Source: Candidatus Moraniibacteriota bacterium (GTDB lineage Bacteria; Patescibacteriota; Minisyncoccia; Moranbacterales; UBA1568). From it: a DNA stretch of 64,000 nt. The position numbers and the translations under genes are program-made. Below, piece after piece: positions 38,158 through 48,105 of the stretch; position 1 is the stretch's first letter, and every line of letters starts with the position of its first letter. The notes beneath the pieces are model-generated. The model searched no databases. It was not told the origin of the DNA and saw only the letters and a list, made by a program, of their open reading frames with translations. The DNA lies in NCBI GenBank assembly GCA_052034975.1, contig JBPOIA010000010.1:12957-76956 (forward strand), given 5' to 3'.

Positions 38158-39561
38158 TATCTTTCTTATGCGATAACCGTCGGCACCATCTTCGATCTTA
38201 TAGCCGCGCCCGGCGATTTCATCGCGTAAACGGTCGGATTCGGCGAAATTCTTGGCGATGCGGGCGGTTTCACGATCTTTGGCGAGTACCTCGATCTCTG
38301 ACGGAATGACCTCTTCTTCGACGAGGAGGCCGAAAAGAAAGAATATCTTTTCGAAGACGGCGTTGAGAACGGTTGCGTTTACCGGTTCATCGGCATCAAG
38401 CGCGATGTTGGTCTTCTTTGTGAGCTCAAGTGTCTGAGCGAGCGCTTCCGAAGTGTTCAGATCATCCTGAACTGCTTCGTGAATGCGGCCGAGAAAATCG
38501 TTGCCATCAAATCCGATTTTTCCGGAATCAGCGATATTGCGTATCCGACCATACGCACCGAAAATCGTCTCTTTGTTTTTCTTCGCTTGTTCGAGCGAGT
38601 CCCACGTGAAATTCATCTGCGTGCGGTAGTGCGCGCTGATCAGGAGCATTCGGAAATCCATCGGCGAAAACCCGCGCTCGACGAGGTCTTCGAGTGTGTA
38701 GAAATTTCCTTTCGATTTGGACATTTTCTGTCCATCGACCAAAATATGCCGCGTATGGAGCCAGTATCGGACAAACGGCTTCCCGGTCGCGCCTTCGGAC
38801 TGCACGATCTCGGCCTCATGATGAGGGAAGATGTTGTCTTCGCCGCCAGTATGGATATCGAACGTATCACCCAGGTATTCCGTGCTCATAGCCGAACATT
38901 CGATGTGCCAACCCGGATATCCTTCGCTCCACGGGCTCGGCCAGCGCATCAGGTGTTCTTTGGGTGCTTTGAGCCAGAGGGCAAAATCCCACGGATTTTT
39001 CTTATCCGGGTGTTCTTCGAGGCGTGCACCGATTTTGAGGTGTTCGATCGTGTTGCCAGAGAGCTTTCCATAGTTCGGGAACGTCGTTACGTCGAGAAAG
39101 ACATTGCCGTTCTTTTCGTAGGCGTGACCTTTTTCGATGAGCGTTTCGATGAGAGCGATCATCTGCTTGATATGGGCGGTGGCGCGGGGAAAATAGTGCG
39201 CGGAGAGGATATTCATCGATTGTTCCGCTTGATGAAAATACTCTTCATACATCGTTGCGATCGCTTCCGGCGTTTTTTTCTCGGTACGTGCCTGCCGTTC
39301 GATCTTGTCTTCGCCGGAATCCCCCTGGGCGATGTCGTCTTCTGTTAGGTGGCCCACGTCGGTGATATTTTTGATCAGACGCACCTCATAACCGGCGTCT
39401 TCTAACACGCGGCGCAAGGTATCGGCAAAGACATAGGCGCGGATATTGCCGATATGGATGCGGCCATAGACGGTGGGCCCGCAGGTATAGATGCCGACCT
39501 TCCCTGAATGAAGCGGCGTAAATTCTTCTTTTTGCTTGTGGAGCGTGTTATAGAAACGCAT
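38155..39561 (-). CDS. cysS: Cysteine--tRNA ligase
   Basis: YTCGPTVY, HIGN, DFALW, PGWHIECSAM, KMSKS. Confidence 0.98.
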   Translation of the reverse strand: MRFYNTLHKQKEEFTPLHSGKVGIYTCGPTVYGRIHIGNIRAYVFADTLRRVLEDAGYEVRLIKNITDVGHLTEDDIAQGDSGEDKIERQARTEKKTPEAIATMYEEYFHQAEQSMNILSAHYFPRATAHIKQMIALIETLIEKGHAYEKNGNVFLDVTTFPNYGKLSGNTIEHLKIGARLEEHPDKKNPWDFALWLKAPKEHLMRWPSPWSEGYPGWHIECSAMSTEYLGDTFDIHTGGEDNIFPHHEAEIVQSEGATGKPFVRYWLHTRHILVDGQKMSKSKGNFYTLEDLVERGFSPMDFRMLLISAHYRTQMNFTWDSLEQAKKNKETIFGAYGRIRNIADSGKIGFDGNDFLGRIHEAVQDDLNTSEALAQTLELTKKTNIALDADEPVNATVLNAVFEKIFFLFGLLVEEEVIPSEIEVLAKDRETARIAKNFAESDRLRDEIAGRGYKIEDGADGYRIRKI

Positions 39562-39663
39562 ACGAAAAACGGAATAAGATATAGGGTAATGATACCAAAC
39601 AAAAGAAAAGAGGGGTATATCCCTCAAAAAAGTTCCTGGAGATGTTTCCAATAAAAAACGGCG

Positions 39664-40572
39664 TCAGAGCCATTTTTTCCATCGGAAAATCGTGATGGTA
39701 ACAAGGGAAAGGAGCACCATAAATCCCGCGTGTATCCAAAATGCGTCCGGGCTGTGTCCGAACGGGATCTGTGCGCTCATCGCGAGCATATTGGAATATA
39801 CGGTCATCGGGAGCAGGATGGCGGAGAAGATCGTGAGCACTTTCATCGTGAGGTCGAGCTTGTTGGAGAGGAGCGAGTTGTTGGTAGCTTCGAGCGCTTC
39901 GATGGTTTCTTTTTGGCTTTCGAGAATGTTCCAAAGCCGGATGTTGGTGCCGATCAGGTCCTGAAAATAGATCTTCATCGCGACCGGGACAAAAGGATGC
40001 TCTTTCTGAAGGATGGATTCGAGGATGGAGCGCTGTGGTTTGAGCGTGCGACGAAAATTCAGGATATCCCGTTTGAGGACCGAGATTTCGAACACCATCT
40101 CCTTCTCTTTTTCCGCGAAAACTTGGCTTTCGATGAAATCGAGTTTTTCGGCGACGTGATTGAGCCGCGGGAAGCAGGAATTGAGGAGGATTTCGAGCAG
40201 CCGATGGAGAAGATGCGCCGGTGTCGCTTCACAGTACAATCGGCGTTTCCCTTCGCTCTTGTCGAGTTCGGAGAAAAATTTTCCGATCTGGTAGATCTCC
40301 TGCTTATGGCTTGTGATGAGGTGTCGGTCCGTCAGGATGATATCGAGTTCGCCCGGATAGGTGGTGCGATGCTCGATATCAAAGAGGGGAATGTGCACGG
40401 AAAAGAAGAGACAGTTGTCGTATTGGACGACTTTCGGCTGATATGTCGGCGTCACGAGCTCTTCGATGGCAAGAGGATGGATATTGAAATTCTCCTGCAA
40501 ATAGGTGATATCGTCCTGTTTGGGATCTTCGAAATCGATCCATGTCAGATTTTTGTGTTGAATGGTTTTCAT
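39664..40572 (-). CDS. corA: CorA-family Mg2+ transporter
   Basis: [26 protein letters not shown], two C-terminal TMs; GMN signature reads AMS. Confidence 0.85.
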   Translation of the reverse strand: MKTIQHKNLTWIDFEDPKQDDITYLQENFNIHPLAIEELVTPTYQPKVVQYDNCLFFSVHIPLFDIEHRTTYPGELDIILTDRHLITSHKQEIYQIGKFFSELDKSEGKRRLYCEATPAHLLHRLLEILLNSCFPRLNHVAEKLDFIESQVFAEKEKEMVFEISVLKRDILNFRRTLKPQRSILESILQKEHPFVPVAMKIYFQDLIGTNIRLWNILESQKETIEALEATNNSLLSNKLDLTMKVLTIFSAILLPMTVYSNMLAMSAQIPFGHSPDAFWIHAGFMVLLSLVTITIFRWKKWL

Positions 40573-40649
40573 CTGTTTTTTCGTTTGCATCCAGTATACC
40601 AGCGAATAGCCGATTGACAAAGAGATCGAAACGGGGTTATGCTGAGAGC

Positions 40650-40886
40650 GTGTTGAAACGCTTCATACTCTTCCTTATCCGGCTGTACCAAAAGACCCTG
40701 TCGTTCGATCACGGGGTTATCGGGAAGTTGTTCGGAGAGCGTTTCTGTCGATTTTATCCGACGTGTAGTGCTTACACGTACGAAGCTATCGGGAAGTATG
40801 GCATCGTACGCGGGAGTGGTATGGGGATTCATCGTATTGTCCGTTGCCATCCATGGAATGACGGGGGATACGATCCAGTGCCGTAA
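40650..40886 (+). CDS. yidD: Membrane protein insertion efficiency factor
   Basis: [33 protein letters not shown]; GTG start at the predicted transcription start (TTGACA 40614, TATGCT 40638). Confidence 0.93.
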   Translation: MLKRFILFLIRLYQKTLSFDHGVIGKLFGERFCRFYPTCSAYTYEAIGKYGIVRGSGMGIHRIVRCHPWNDGGYDPVP

Positions 40887-40941
40887 TGTTCGTTAACAAT
40901 TTTTTCAACCGTTCGCATTGCCAAAAAGAAAGGAGGGGGGT

Positions 40942-41112
40942 ATGGCGATTGCCAGCAACACCGTGCGTGTCCGGCAGATGAAACGTCTCGGACTAGGAAA
41001 AAGAGGGCGAGGAAGCAAGGATATCACCCGCTTGATCCAATGGCCGATCACACGCAGCCGGGCGAAGAAGTTCTTCTACGATTCGTCGTCTTACAAAAAG
41101 GAGAAGCAATAA
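40942..41112 (+). CDS. Small basic hypothetical protein
   Basis: AAGGAGG SD; 56 aa; TAATG coupling to the next ORF. Confidence 0.5.
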   Translation: MAIASNTVRVRQMKRLGLGKRGRGSKDITRLIQWPITRSRAKKFFYDSSSYKKEKQ

Positions 41113-41372
41113 TGGGTGGTGTCACGACAAAAATTGGCAAACAACCGAAACGCAAGAACGGACTCTCGATCCTATCGGACGAGACCAGGGAAACCTGCGA
41201 TTGCGAGAGCGGCGAATTCTGCGCTTGCGCGGGGGACGTCATTCCGCTTTCGGAAGCAGCCGAAGAGAAGTACCACTGCAACAACCCAGTCTGCCACGCG
41301 TGCAGCAATGAGGCCGAGTGCACCAAGCTCCACGGCCACCTATCCTCGCATTTCGTCGATTTGCATCACTAA
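41112..41372 (+). CDS. Small Cys/His-rich putative metal-binding protein
   Basis: AAGGAG SD; CDC-x5-CAC ... HC-x4-CHAC-x5-C, His-rich tail; terminator follows (41398-41431). Confidence 0.6.
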   Translation: MGGVTTKIGKQPKRKNGLSILSDETRETCDCESGEFCACAGDVIPLSEAAEEKYHCNNPVCHACSNEAECTKLHGHLSSHFVDLHH

Positions 41373-41460
41373 ACCCTTCGGGCAACATCCCGTTCCAAAA
41401 AGCCAAGACTTTCCCGGTCGTGGCTTTTTTTCATTGTCTTTTGTCGAAAATCCTTCCTGT

Positions 41461-41487
41461 TTAGCACTCAGACTTGACGAGTGCTAA
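41461..41487 (+). promoter_or_regulatory. CIRCE operator overlapping the hrcA promoter
   Basis: Perfect TTAGCACTC-N9-GAGTGCTAA; overlaps TTGACG (-35) with TATAAT at 41497-41502 (17-nt spacer). Confidence 0.97.
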
Positions 41488-41514
41488 ACAGTTTTTTATA
41501 ATGGAACCATACCT

Positions 41515-42264
41515 ATGAATACCCGGCAAAAACAAGTCCTCTCGGCCATTGTCGAACTCTATACCAAAACCGCGCTTCCGGTCGGATCGCAGGCGCTTTT
41601 GGAACATTTCGAATTTCCCGTATCGTCCGCAACGCTCCGCAATGATATGGTACTGCTCGAAGAAGAAGGCTATCTCTATCAGCCGCACGTCTCGGCCGGC
41701 CGCATCCCGACTGATCAGGGCTACCGCTTCTATGTCGAAGAGATGATGGGCGACGAAGAGCTCTCGCGCGAAGATCAGCGGACGCTCCAAAAAGAGCTCC
41801 TCGTGATGAAAGCCAAACAAGCGCGGATGGGTCGGAGCACCGCCAAACTCCTCTCGGCACTTTCCGGCAATTTGGCCGTCTCCGGTATCATCGGCCGTGA
41901 CGAATTCTATGATTTCGGGATGAAAGAACTGATGGAGAAGCCGGAATTCCAAGAAATCGACGAGCTTTGTCGCCTGGTGGAAACACTCGATTCGCTCGAT
42001 GAGAAACTCGACGGCATACTCGGCCAACTGAAAGACGGCAAGACACATATCTTCATCGGGGAGGAGAATCCGATCCACGAGATCTCCAACTGCTCGATGG
42101 TCGTCGCGCCGTATAAGAACAAAGACGGTCGTGGTGTGCTCGCTATCATCGGCCCCAAGCGGATGGACTACGCCAAGAACAAATCCCTCATCGAATATAT
42201 GAAGAAACTCCTTTCATCGTCGATAGTCGTGGTCGCAGCAGGGAACATTATTTTTATCGCATAA
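41515..42264 (+). CDS. hrcA: Heat-inducible transcription repressor (short form)
   Basis: PVGSQ, SSATLRNDM, HVSAGRIPTDQGYRFYV, IIGPKRMDY; CIRCE upstream. Confidence 0.95.
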   Translation: MNTRQKQVLSAIVELYTKTALPVGSQALLEHFEFPVSSATLRNDMVLLEEEGYLYQPHVSAGRIPTDQGYRFYVEEMMGDEELSREDQRTLQKELLVMKAKQARMGRSTAKLLSALSGNLAVSGIIGRDEFYDFGMKELMEKPEFQEIDELCRLVETLDSLDEKLDGILGQLKDGKTHIFIGEENPIHEISNCSMVVAPYKNKDGRGVLAIIGPKRMDYAKNKSLIEYMKKLLSSSIVVVAAGNIIFIA

Positions 42265-42267
42265 GAT

Positions 42268-42810
42268 ATGCCGCACAAAAAACATACCGAAAAACAAGAA
42301 GAAGAAAAAGATATTGTTTCAGCAACTTCATCCGAAGAACCAACGCAAGAAACGATCGAGACAAAAACGGAATCAGAATGGGAAACGAAAGCGAACGAAT
42401 ACCTAAACGATCTGAAACGTCTGCAAGCGGAATTCGAGAACTACAAGAAACGGCAGGACGCACAGCAAAAAGAACTCCGTGGCATCCTCATCGAAAAGCT
42501 TGTCCTCGACATCGTCCCTGTTCTCGATAACTTCCGCACCGCCACAGAACACGTGCCGGAAGCGGAGCGGGAGAGTCCCTGGGTCACCGGTATCCGATAT
42601 ATCGAGAAGCAGCTCGAAACAGTCCTCACCGACAACGGACTCTCGACGATCGAAGCGAAAGAAGACGATATATTCGATCCGAATATCCACGAAGCGGTGA
42701 GTGACGAGAGTGACGGAAGCGATGAGAAGCACAGCATCGCCAAAGTCGTCCAAAAAGGATATCGGTTCGGTGAACGGATCATCCGGCCGGCGAAAGTGAT
42801 AGTCAAATAA
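42268..42810 (+). CDS. grpE: Nucleotide exchange factor GrpE
   Basis: RLQAEFENYKKR, FDPNIHEAV, KGY...IRPAKV. Confidence 0.97.
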   Translation: MPHKKHTEKQEEEKDIVSATSSEEPTQETIETKTESEWETKANEYLNDLKRLQAEFENYKKRQDAQQKELRGILIEKLVLDIVPVLDNFRTATEHVPEAERESPWVTGIRYIEKQLETVLTDNGLSTIEAKEDDIFDPNIHEAVSDESDGSDEKHSIAKVVQKGYRFGERIIRPAKVIVK

Positions 42811-42843
42811 TTTCTAAATAATGTAAATAATAAAGCTAATCCT

Positions 42844-44769
42844 ATGAGCAAAATACTCGGTATCGATCTCGGAACAACCAATTCTTGTATGGCGATCGTG
42901 GAAGGCGGTAGCCCGACCATCCTCGAAAACAAGGAGGGAAACCGCACCACGCCATCGATGGTAGCGATCAGCAAGACCGGCGAGCGTCTCGTTGGTCTCC
43001 TCGCCAAGCGCCAAGCCGTTACTAATCCGGAAAACACGCTCTTTTCCATCAAGCGCTTGATCGGCCGGCATTTTAACGATGACGAAGTACAGCGCGATCA
43101 GAAAACGCTTCCGTACAAGATCATCCAGGCCGGCGAGGGCACGAAAGTCGTGATGGGCGGCAAGGAATACACGCCGCAGGAAATCTCGGCGATGGTACTC
43201 CAGAAACTGAAAGCTGATGCCGAAGAGAAGCTCGGTGAAAAAATTACGGATGCAGTGATCACCGTTCCGGCATACTTCGACGACTCACAGCGCAAAGCGA
43301 CGATGGAAGCCGGTGCGATCGCCGGATTCAACGTGCGCCGCATCATCAACGAGCCGACCGCGGCCGCGCTCGCGTATGGTTTCAATAAGAAGAAAGACGA
43401 GAAAATCGCCGTGTACGACCTGGGTGGCGGTACTTTCGACATCTCCATCCTCGAGGTGGCCGAAGACACCGTGGAAGTGAAATCAACCAACGGCGATACG
43501 CATCTGGGTGGCGACGACTTCGACCAGAAGATCATTCATTGGATCATCGACGAGTTCAAGAAACAGGAAGGTATCGACCTCGGCCGCGATCCGCTCGCGC
43601 TTCAGCGCATCAAGGAGGCCGCCGAAAAAGCCAAGATCGAACTCTCGACCGCCGCTGACACCGAGATCAATCAGCCATTCATCACGAGTGATGCTTCCGG
43701 CCCCAAGCACTTGGTCCTCAAGATGTCCCGCGCCAAACTCGAAGAACTCGTGCATAGCCTCGTCGAAGCGACATTCGAACCGGTGAAGAAAGCGCTCGCC
43801 GATGCCAAGCTCTCTGCAAGCGACATCAACGAGGTGGTCTTGGTCGGCGGTATGACGAGAATGCCGCTCGTGCTCTCGTCTGTTGAGAAATTCTTCGGCA
43901 AGAAACCGAACATTACTGTCAATCCGGATGAGGTGGTGGCGGCCGGTGCGGCCATCCAAGGCGGTGTGCTCGAAGGTTCCGTGAAAGACGTACTCCTTCT
44001 CGATGTCACTCCTTTGACATTCGGTATCGAGACTTTGGGTGGTGTGCGTACGCCACTCATCGACCGCAATACGACCGTACCGGTATCGCGTTCGCAGGTC
44101 TTTTCGACCGCGGCCGACAATCAGCCTTCCGTCGAGATTCACGTCCTCCAGGGCGAGCGCGAGATGGCAAGTGACAACAAATCCCTCGGCCGGTTCATCT
44201 TGGACGGTATTCCGCCGGCACCACGCGGCATTCCGCAGGTGGAAGTCACTTTTGACATCGACGCCTCTGGTATCCTTACTGTGACCGCCAAAGACAAAGC
44301 GAGCGGCAAGAGCCAAAATATCCGCATCGAGGCATCCACAGGGCTTTCCAAGGATGAAATCGAACGGATGAAAAAAGACGCCGAACTCCACGCCGAGGAA
44401 GACAAGCGCAAGAAAGAATTGATCGAGGCGCGCAATATGGCCGATACGCTTTCCTACACGACCGAAAAAGCGATGAAGGACGCTGGTGACAAGCTCACGG
44501 CCGATGAGAAGAAACCGGTCGAGGACGCGATCGTCGAACTCAACAAAGTAAAAAATGGCGACGATCTCGAAGCGATCAAGAAAACAACCGAAACGTTGTC
44601 GCAAGCGGCGCAAAAGATCGGCGAGAAGCTCTACAAAGCCGCGCAGGAAGCGCAGGCCGCCCAGCAGCCAGCAGGGGAAGCCAAGCCGACAGGCGAGACC
44701 CCAAAGGACGCCGAGGTTGAAGACAAGTCAGCCGACAGCGACAAACCAGCTGACGAGGAGAAAAAATAA
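42844..44769 (+). CDS. dnaK: Chaperone DnaK
   Basis: [33 protein letters not shown]. Confidence 0.99.
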   Translation: MSKILGIDLGTTNSCMAIVEGGSPTILENKEGNRTTPSMVAISKTGERLVGLLAKRQAVTNPENTLFSIKRLIGRHFNDDEVQRDQKTLPYKIIQAGEGTKVVMGGKEYTPQEISAMVLQKLKADAEEKLGEKITDAVITVPAYFDDSQRKATMEAGAIAGFNVRRIINEPTAAALAYGFNKKKDEKIAVYDLGGGTFDISILEVAEDTVEVKSTNGDTHLGGDDFDQKIIHWIIDEFKKQEGIDLGRDPLALQRIKEAAEKAKIELSTAADTEINQPFITSDASGPKHLVLKMSRAKLEELVHSLVEATFEPVKKALADAKLSASDINEVVLVGGMTRMPLVLSSVEKFFGKKPNITVNPDEVVAAGAAIQGGVLEGSVKDVLLLDVTPLTFGIETLGGVRTPLIDRNTTVPVSRSQVFSTAADNQPSVEIHVLQGEREMASDNKSLGRFILDGIPPAPRGIPQVEVTFDIDASGILTVTAKDKASGKSQNIRIEASTGLSKDEIERMKKDAELHAEEDKRKKELIEARNMADTLSYTTEKAMKDAGDKLTADEKKPVEDAIVELNKVKNGDDLEAIKKTTETLSQAAQKIGEKLYKAAQEAQAAQQPAGEAKPTGETPKDAEVEDKSADSDKPADEEKK

Positions 44770-44777
44770 GGAGTATA

Positions 44778-44807
44778 TTAAGAGCGGAGGTTTTCCTCCG
44801 CTCTTAA
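44778..44807. terminator. Perfect 13-bp hairpin after dnaK
   Basis: TTAAGAGCGGAGG-TTTT-CCTCCGCTCTTAA. Confidence 0.7.
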
Positions 44808-44815
44808 AAAATTAT

Positions 44816-45352
44816 ATGGAATATCCTAAAAAAGTGAAAATTGATGGTGTTGATTGGTATATAACTCTAAACATTGATAAAACCAGGAATTTACAACCAC
44901 TCTGCCCCATTCATGGCCTAAGACTTTACACTCCTCATAATTTTAGAGAATATGAGACAATTATTTTGTGTTGTGCAGGTTGCAAAGAAACTTATAAATT
45001 GCCAAGAGTAGTTTCTAAGGAAAGAGTATATATCATTGATAAAATTGATTCTGAGACTTTCAAAAAAATGAAAGTTTTAAACTTAGATGATGAATCTATT
45101 CCTATTGCTGAAACGAAAATCAAATCAGGAGATAATAAATATTTTGTAACCGGCCTACTTACTAAGTCAAAAGTCGGTTTGCGATTGGTGTTGTATGCTG
45201 GCAAGCAGGGACATTCTCAAAAAACGCAGATTTTTGTTGAACCAAAAATTAAAAGACTTGCTTTTGATCAAAAAGATATTCATCCATCTGACGTATTTAC
45301 AAAGATTGAAGCGACTTTTGATGATGGTACAAAAAGTTCCATAAATAAATAG
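44816..45352 (+). CDS. Hypothetical protein, AT-rich, possible zinc ribbon
   Basis: CPIH...CCAGC; composition visibly different from dnaK. Confidence 0.7.
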   Translation: MEYPKKVKIDGVDWYITLNIDKTRNLQPLCPIHGLRLYTPHNFREYETIILCCAGCKETYKLPRVVSKERVYIIDKIDSETFKKMKVLNLDDESIPIAETKIKSGDNKYFVTGLLTKSKVGLRLVLYAGKQGHSQKTQIFVEPKIKRLAFDQKDIHPSDVFTKIEATFDDGTKSSINK

Positions 45353-45478
45353 AAAAAGAAGCAAATACTTTTTTAAAGAAAAACCGAATTGTTAACCAAA
45401 ATGATGACCGTCGGCTCGGGTAATATTTTCAAAACCATCAATTTCGTGGGAGAATAAGGGTATTGAAATAAAAACCTT

Positions 45479-45985
45479 ATGGAAAAAAGAGAGAACTTGG
45501 CATTTATTGATGGCCAAAACCTCTATATGGGTACGGCCAAGCGTGAGCGGGATCCGTGGCGGATAGACTTACGGCGTTTCCGCGTGTACTTGGAGCAAAA
45601 GTATGGCATCGCGAAGGCGTACTATTTCCTCGGCTACGTACAGGAGACGAATGAGGAATTGTACGAGGAAATACAGGCAGCTGGTTTCGTGCTGATGTTT
45701 CGCGAGCACAATGCCGCGATGCTCGGTAAAAAGAAAGGAAATGTCGATTCGGACATCATCTTTCAGACGATGAAGCGGGTGTGTAAGGCGGAAGTTCCCG
45801 GGAAAATATTCCTCGTATCCGGCGATGGGGATTACAAGATGCTGGTGGATTTTCTCATCGAAGAAAGGAAATTTGGCAAGATGCTTTTCCCGAATAGACA
45901 GTATGCTTCGTCGCTCTATAAGAAGCTCGGCTCCGAGTATTTTGATTATCTTGAATTTGTCCGTGAGAAAATTGGGACAAAATAA
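45479..45985 (+). CDS. NYN (LabA/DUF88, PIN-like) nuclease domain protein
   Basis: AFIDGQNL, KGNVDSDI, LVSGDGDY acidic catalytic motifs. Confidence 0.9.
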   Translation: MEKRENLAFIDGQNLYMGTAKRERDPWRIDLRRFRVYLEQKYGIAKAYYFLGYVQETNEELYEEIQAAGFVLMFREHNAAMLGKKKGNVDSDIIFQTMKRVCKAEVPGKIFLVSGDGDYKMLVDFLIEERKFGKMLFPNRQYASSLYKKLGSEYFDYLEFVREKIGTK

Positions 45986-46033
45986 AAAGGGCTCCTTAGG
46001 TAATTAGCCGTTCGGATCCCTTTTCGTCTGAAT
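45984..46033 (-). ncRNA. Candidate ~50-nt small RNA convergent with the NYN gene
   Basis: Minus-strand TTGACA(46067-62), 16 nt ending TGC, TATAAT(46045-40); followed by AAAAGGG..CCCTTTT hairpin and T-run at the NYN stop. Confidence 0.5.
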
Positions 46034-46133
46034 GTTTCTATTATAGCAGATCTACGGTTGATGTCAATACGTCCGCCTTAGTTTCTTGGCTTATTATTGC
46101 AGTATTTTTCCGAAAACCTGCTATACTGGCGGT

Positions 46134-46586
46134 ATGAAACGATGCTCGACGATATTTCTTCAAGCGGTCGTTGTGGCTCTCGGTATCGGGGCACTTGTCT
46201 TTGTATTGTGGGAGCCGCATCTTGAGGGGAGGAATGTTGGCGCCACGCTTTATCAGATCTATTTCCACGACCCGTTCCTCTGGTACGTGTATACCGCTTC
46301 CGTCGCGTTCTTTGTAGCACTCTATCAGGCATTCAAATTGTTGGGATATATACGACACAACGAAGCGTCTTCAGAAGCGTCGGCGAAAGCCGTGCGGACG
46401 ATAAAATACTCTGCGATGATACTCGTCGCTTTTATCCTAGGAGCGGAAGTTTACTTTTTCACAATTCAACACCAAGCGGGGGAGGATATCGCGGGCGGTG
46501 TCGTTATCGGCCTTTTTCTCATCTTTGTTTCCGCTCTCATCGCCGCCGCTTCGGATGTGCTCGAGGGTCTCATTCTGAAACGATAA
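46134..46586 (+). CDS. DUF2975-family membrane protein
   Basis: Four TMs; FFVALYQAFKLLGYI, AVRTIKYSA pattern; TGCTATACT promoter. Confidence 0.8.
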   Translation: MKRCSTIFLQAVVVALGIGALVFVLWEPHLEGRNVGATLYQIYFHDPFLWYVYTASVAFFVALYQAFKLLGYIRHNEASSEASAKAVRTIKYSAMILVAFILGAEVYFFTIQHQAGEDIAGGVVIGLFLIFVSALIAAASDVLEGLILKR

Positions 46587-46675
46587 TCAACAAAGTATGT
46601 ATCATATCAGCACAAGAATATTCTCGGCTTGATCGCCACATAATTTTTTATAATTAATTATTTAAGAAACGTTTT

Positions 46676-46843
46676 ATGGACAAGGTGAAGATCGAAAATC
46701 ATAGTTTTACGGGGTTCTCGTGGTGCACGGGGTGGCTTTTTACGATCGGCTTCCTCAAACTGTCGTTTTGGAAGGGCGTTCTTGCGATCGTTCTGTGGCC
46801 GTACTACATCGGCCAATATGTGAGTGTCATCGTCGGAAATTAA
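46676..46843 (+). CDS. Small membrane protein (55 aa, below the ORF-track cutoff)
   Basis: MDKVKIENHSFTGFSWCTGWLFTIGFLKLSFWKGVLAIVLWPYYIGQYVSVIVGN; two hydrophobic segments. Confidence 0.7.
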   Translation: MDKVKIENHSFTGFSWCTGWLFTIGFLKLSFWKGVLAIVLWPYYIGQYVSVIVGN

Positions 46844-46853
46844 AATTCAGATT

Positions 46854-47345
46854 ATGAAAAAGGCGATTTTTGTCATCGTCGGCGTTGTGGTCGTCGGAAT
46901 AGCGTGGTACGGTCTGTCGCCGCTTTTGAAAAACAAGACGGTGAACGATGCTCTGCCGGAAAATACTGTGGTTGATCAAAAGATAAAGAGCGACGAATCA
47001 GTAGTCCCGCTCGAAGAAGAAGAGCAAGAGGTCAGACGAGCGCCGGTAGTGGATACGCCGACCCATCCGGCGAGCGGATTCGTACGCCTCGTACAAAATG
47101 GCGACGAGACGATCGTCCGTTACGAGGAATACAAGACGATCAATGGTCCCGATGTGCGCGTCTATCTCGCCAATGACCTCAAAGCGAGCGATTTCGTCGA
47201 TCTCGGACCAATCAAGGGAACGGAGGGGAATATCAATTATTCCGTGCCGCAGGGCGTCGATATCTCCAAATATCGCTACGCGCTGACGTGGTGCGAGGAT
47301 TTTGCCGTTCTTTTCAATTCCGCCGATCTCTCGCTGACAAGATAA
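46854..47345 (+). CDS. DM13-domain protein
   Basis: N-terminal TM; HPASG, NGPDVRVYL, DLGPIKGTEGNINY, WCEDFAVLF. Confidence 0.88.
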   Translation: MKKAIFVIVGVVVVGIAWYGLSPLLKNKTVNDALPENTVVDQKIKSDESVVPLEEEEQEVRRAPVVDTPTHPASGFVRLVQNGDETIVRYEEYKTINGPDVRVYLANDLKASDFVDLGPIKGTEGNINYSVPQGVDISKYRYALTWCEDFAVLFNSADLSLTR

Positions 47346-47441
47346 AAAAGAAATTTGAAATGAAAAAGTTCTTTTTATGCGGTTCGGATGATGATTTCGC
47401 CCAATCGACTTTTTCCTTCATATGTGGTAAAATTGGCACCT

Positions 47442-48017
47442 ATGAAGATAATATCCGCAAAATTTGTAAAGGGAGTGACGGGATCCGAGGGCTTGCCAGA
47501 GCCATCGCGTCCGACCGTGGCTTTTTTCGGGCGTTCCAATGTTGGAAAATCGAGTGTCATTAACTCGATCGTACAGCGTAAGGACCTTGCACATTCCAAT
47601 TCGCGTGCTGGCCGGACGACGGAAATCAACTATTTTCTCGTCAATGACAGCTGGTATATGGCTGATTTGCCGGGATACGGTTATGCCAAATTACCCGAGA
47701 CACTTCGTATCAAGCTGAGTAAATATCTTTCGTGGTATGCCGCCGATATGCGCATCAACCTCAAATGGGCCATACTCGTCGTCGATGCGGAAATAGGCAT
47801 TAAAGATTCGGATCGGGAAACATTTGCTTTACTTAAAGAATATGGCCGCAAGGTTCTCATTCTTGCCAATAAATCCGACAAGGGAAAACGGAGCGACGTA
47901 ATAAAGAATATTTACATATTTAAGAACGAATTCGCCGGCTCCCCAGTCGTCCGTTATTCTGCCAAAACCGGTGATGGGCGGAACGAACTTTTGGATATGC
48001 TTTGGCCGGAATATTAA
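47442..48017 (+). CDS. engB: Ribosome biogenesis GTPase EngB/YihA
   Basis: [37 protein letters not shown]. Confidence 0.95.
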   Translation: MKIISAKFVKGVTGSEGLPEPSRPTVAFFGRSNVGKSSVINSIVQRKDLAHSNSRAGRTTEINYFLVNDSWYMADLPGYGYAKLPETLRIKLSKYLSWYAADMRINLKWAILVVDAEIGIKDSDRETFALLKEYGRKVLILANKSDKGKRSDVIKNIYIFKNEFAGSPVVRYSAKTGDGRNELLDMLWPEY

Positions 48018-48105
48018 GAAAATGTCCATTTAAGGCTGAAATATCGAAAGAAAAAAGGACCCGCGTTGCGGATCCTTTTGAAGAGGATGCTAAAAACAGT
48101 TCTTG

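Noticed and set aside
43483-44613. Long antisense ORFs (opposite dnaK, secA, pyrG, glgC and others)
   Set aside because: Shadow frames of conserved genes caused by codon bias; no motifs.
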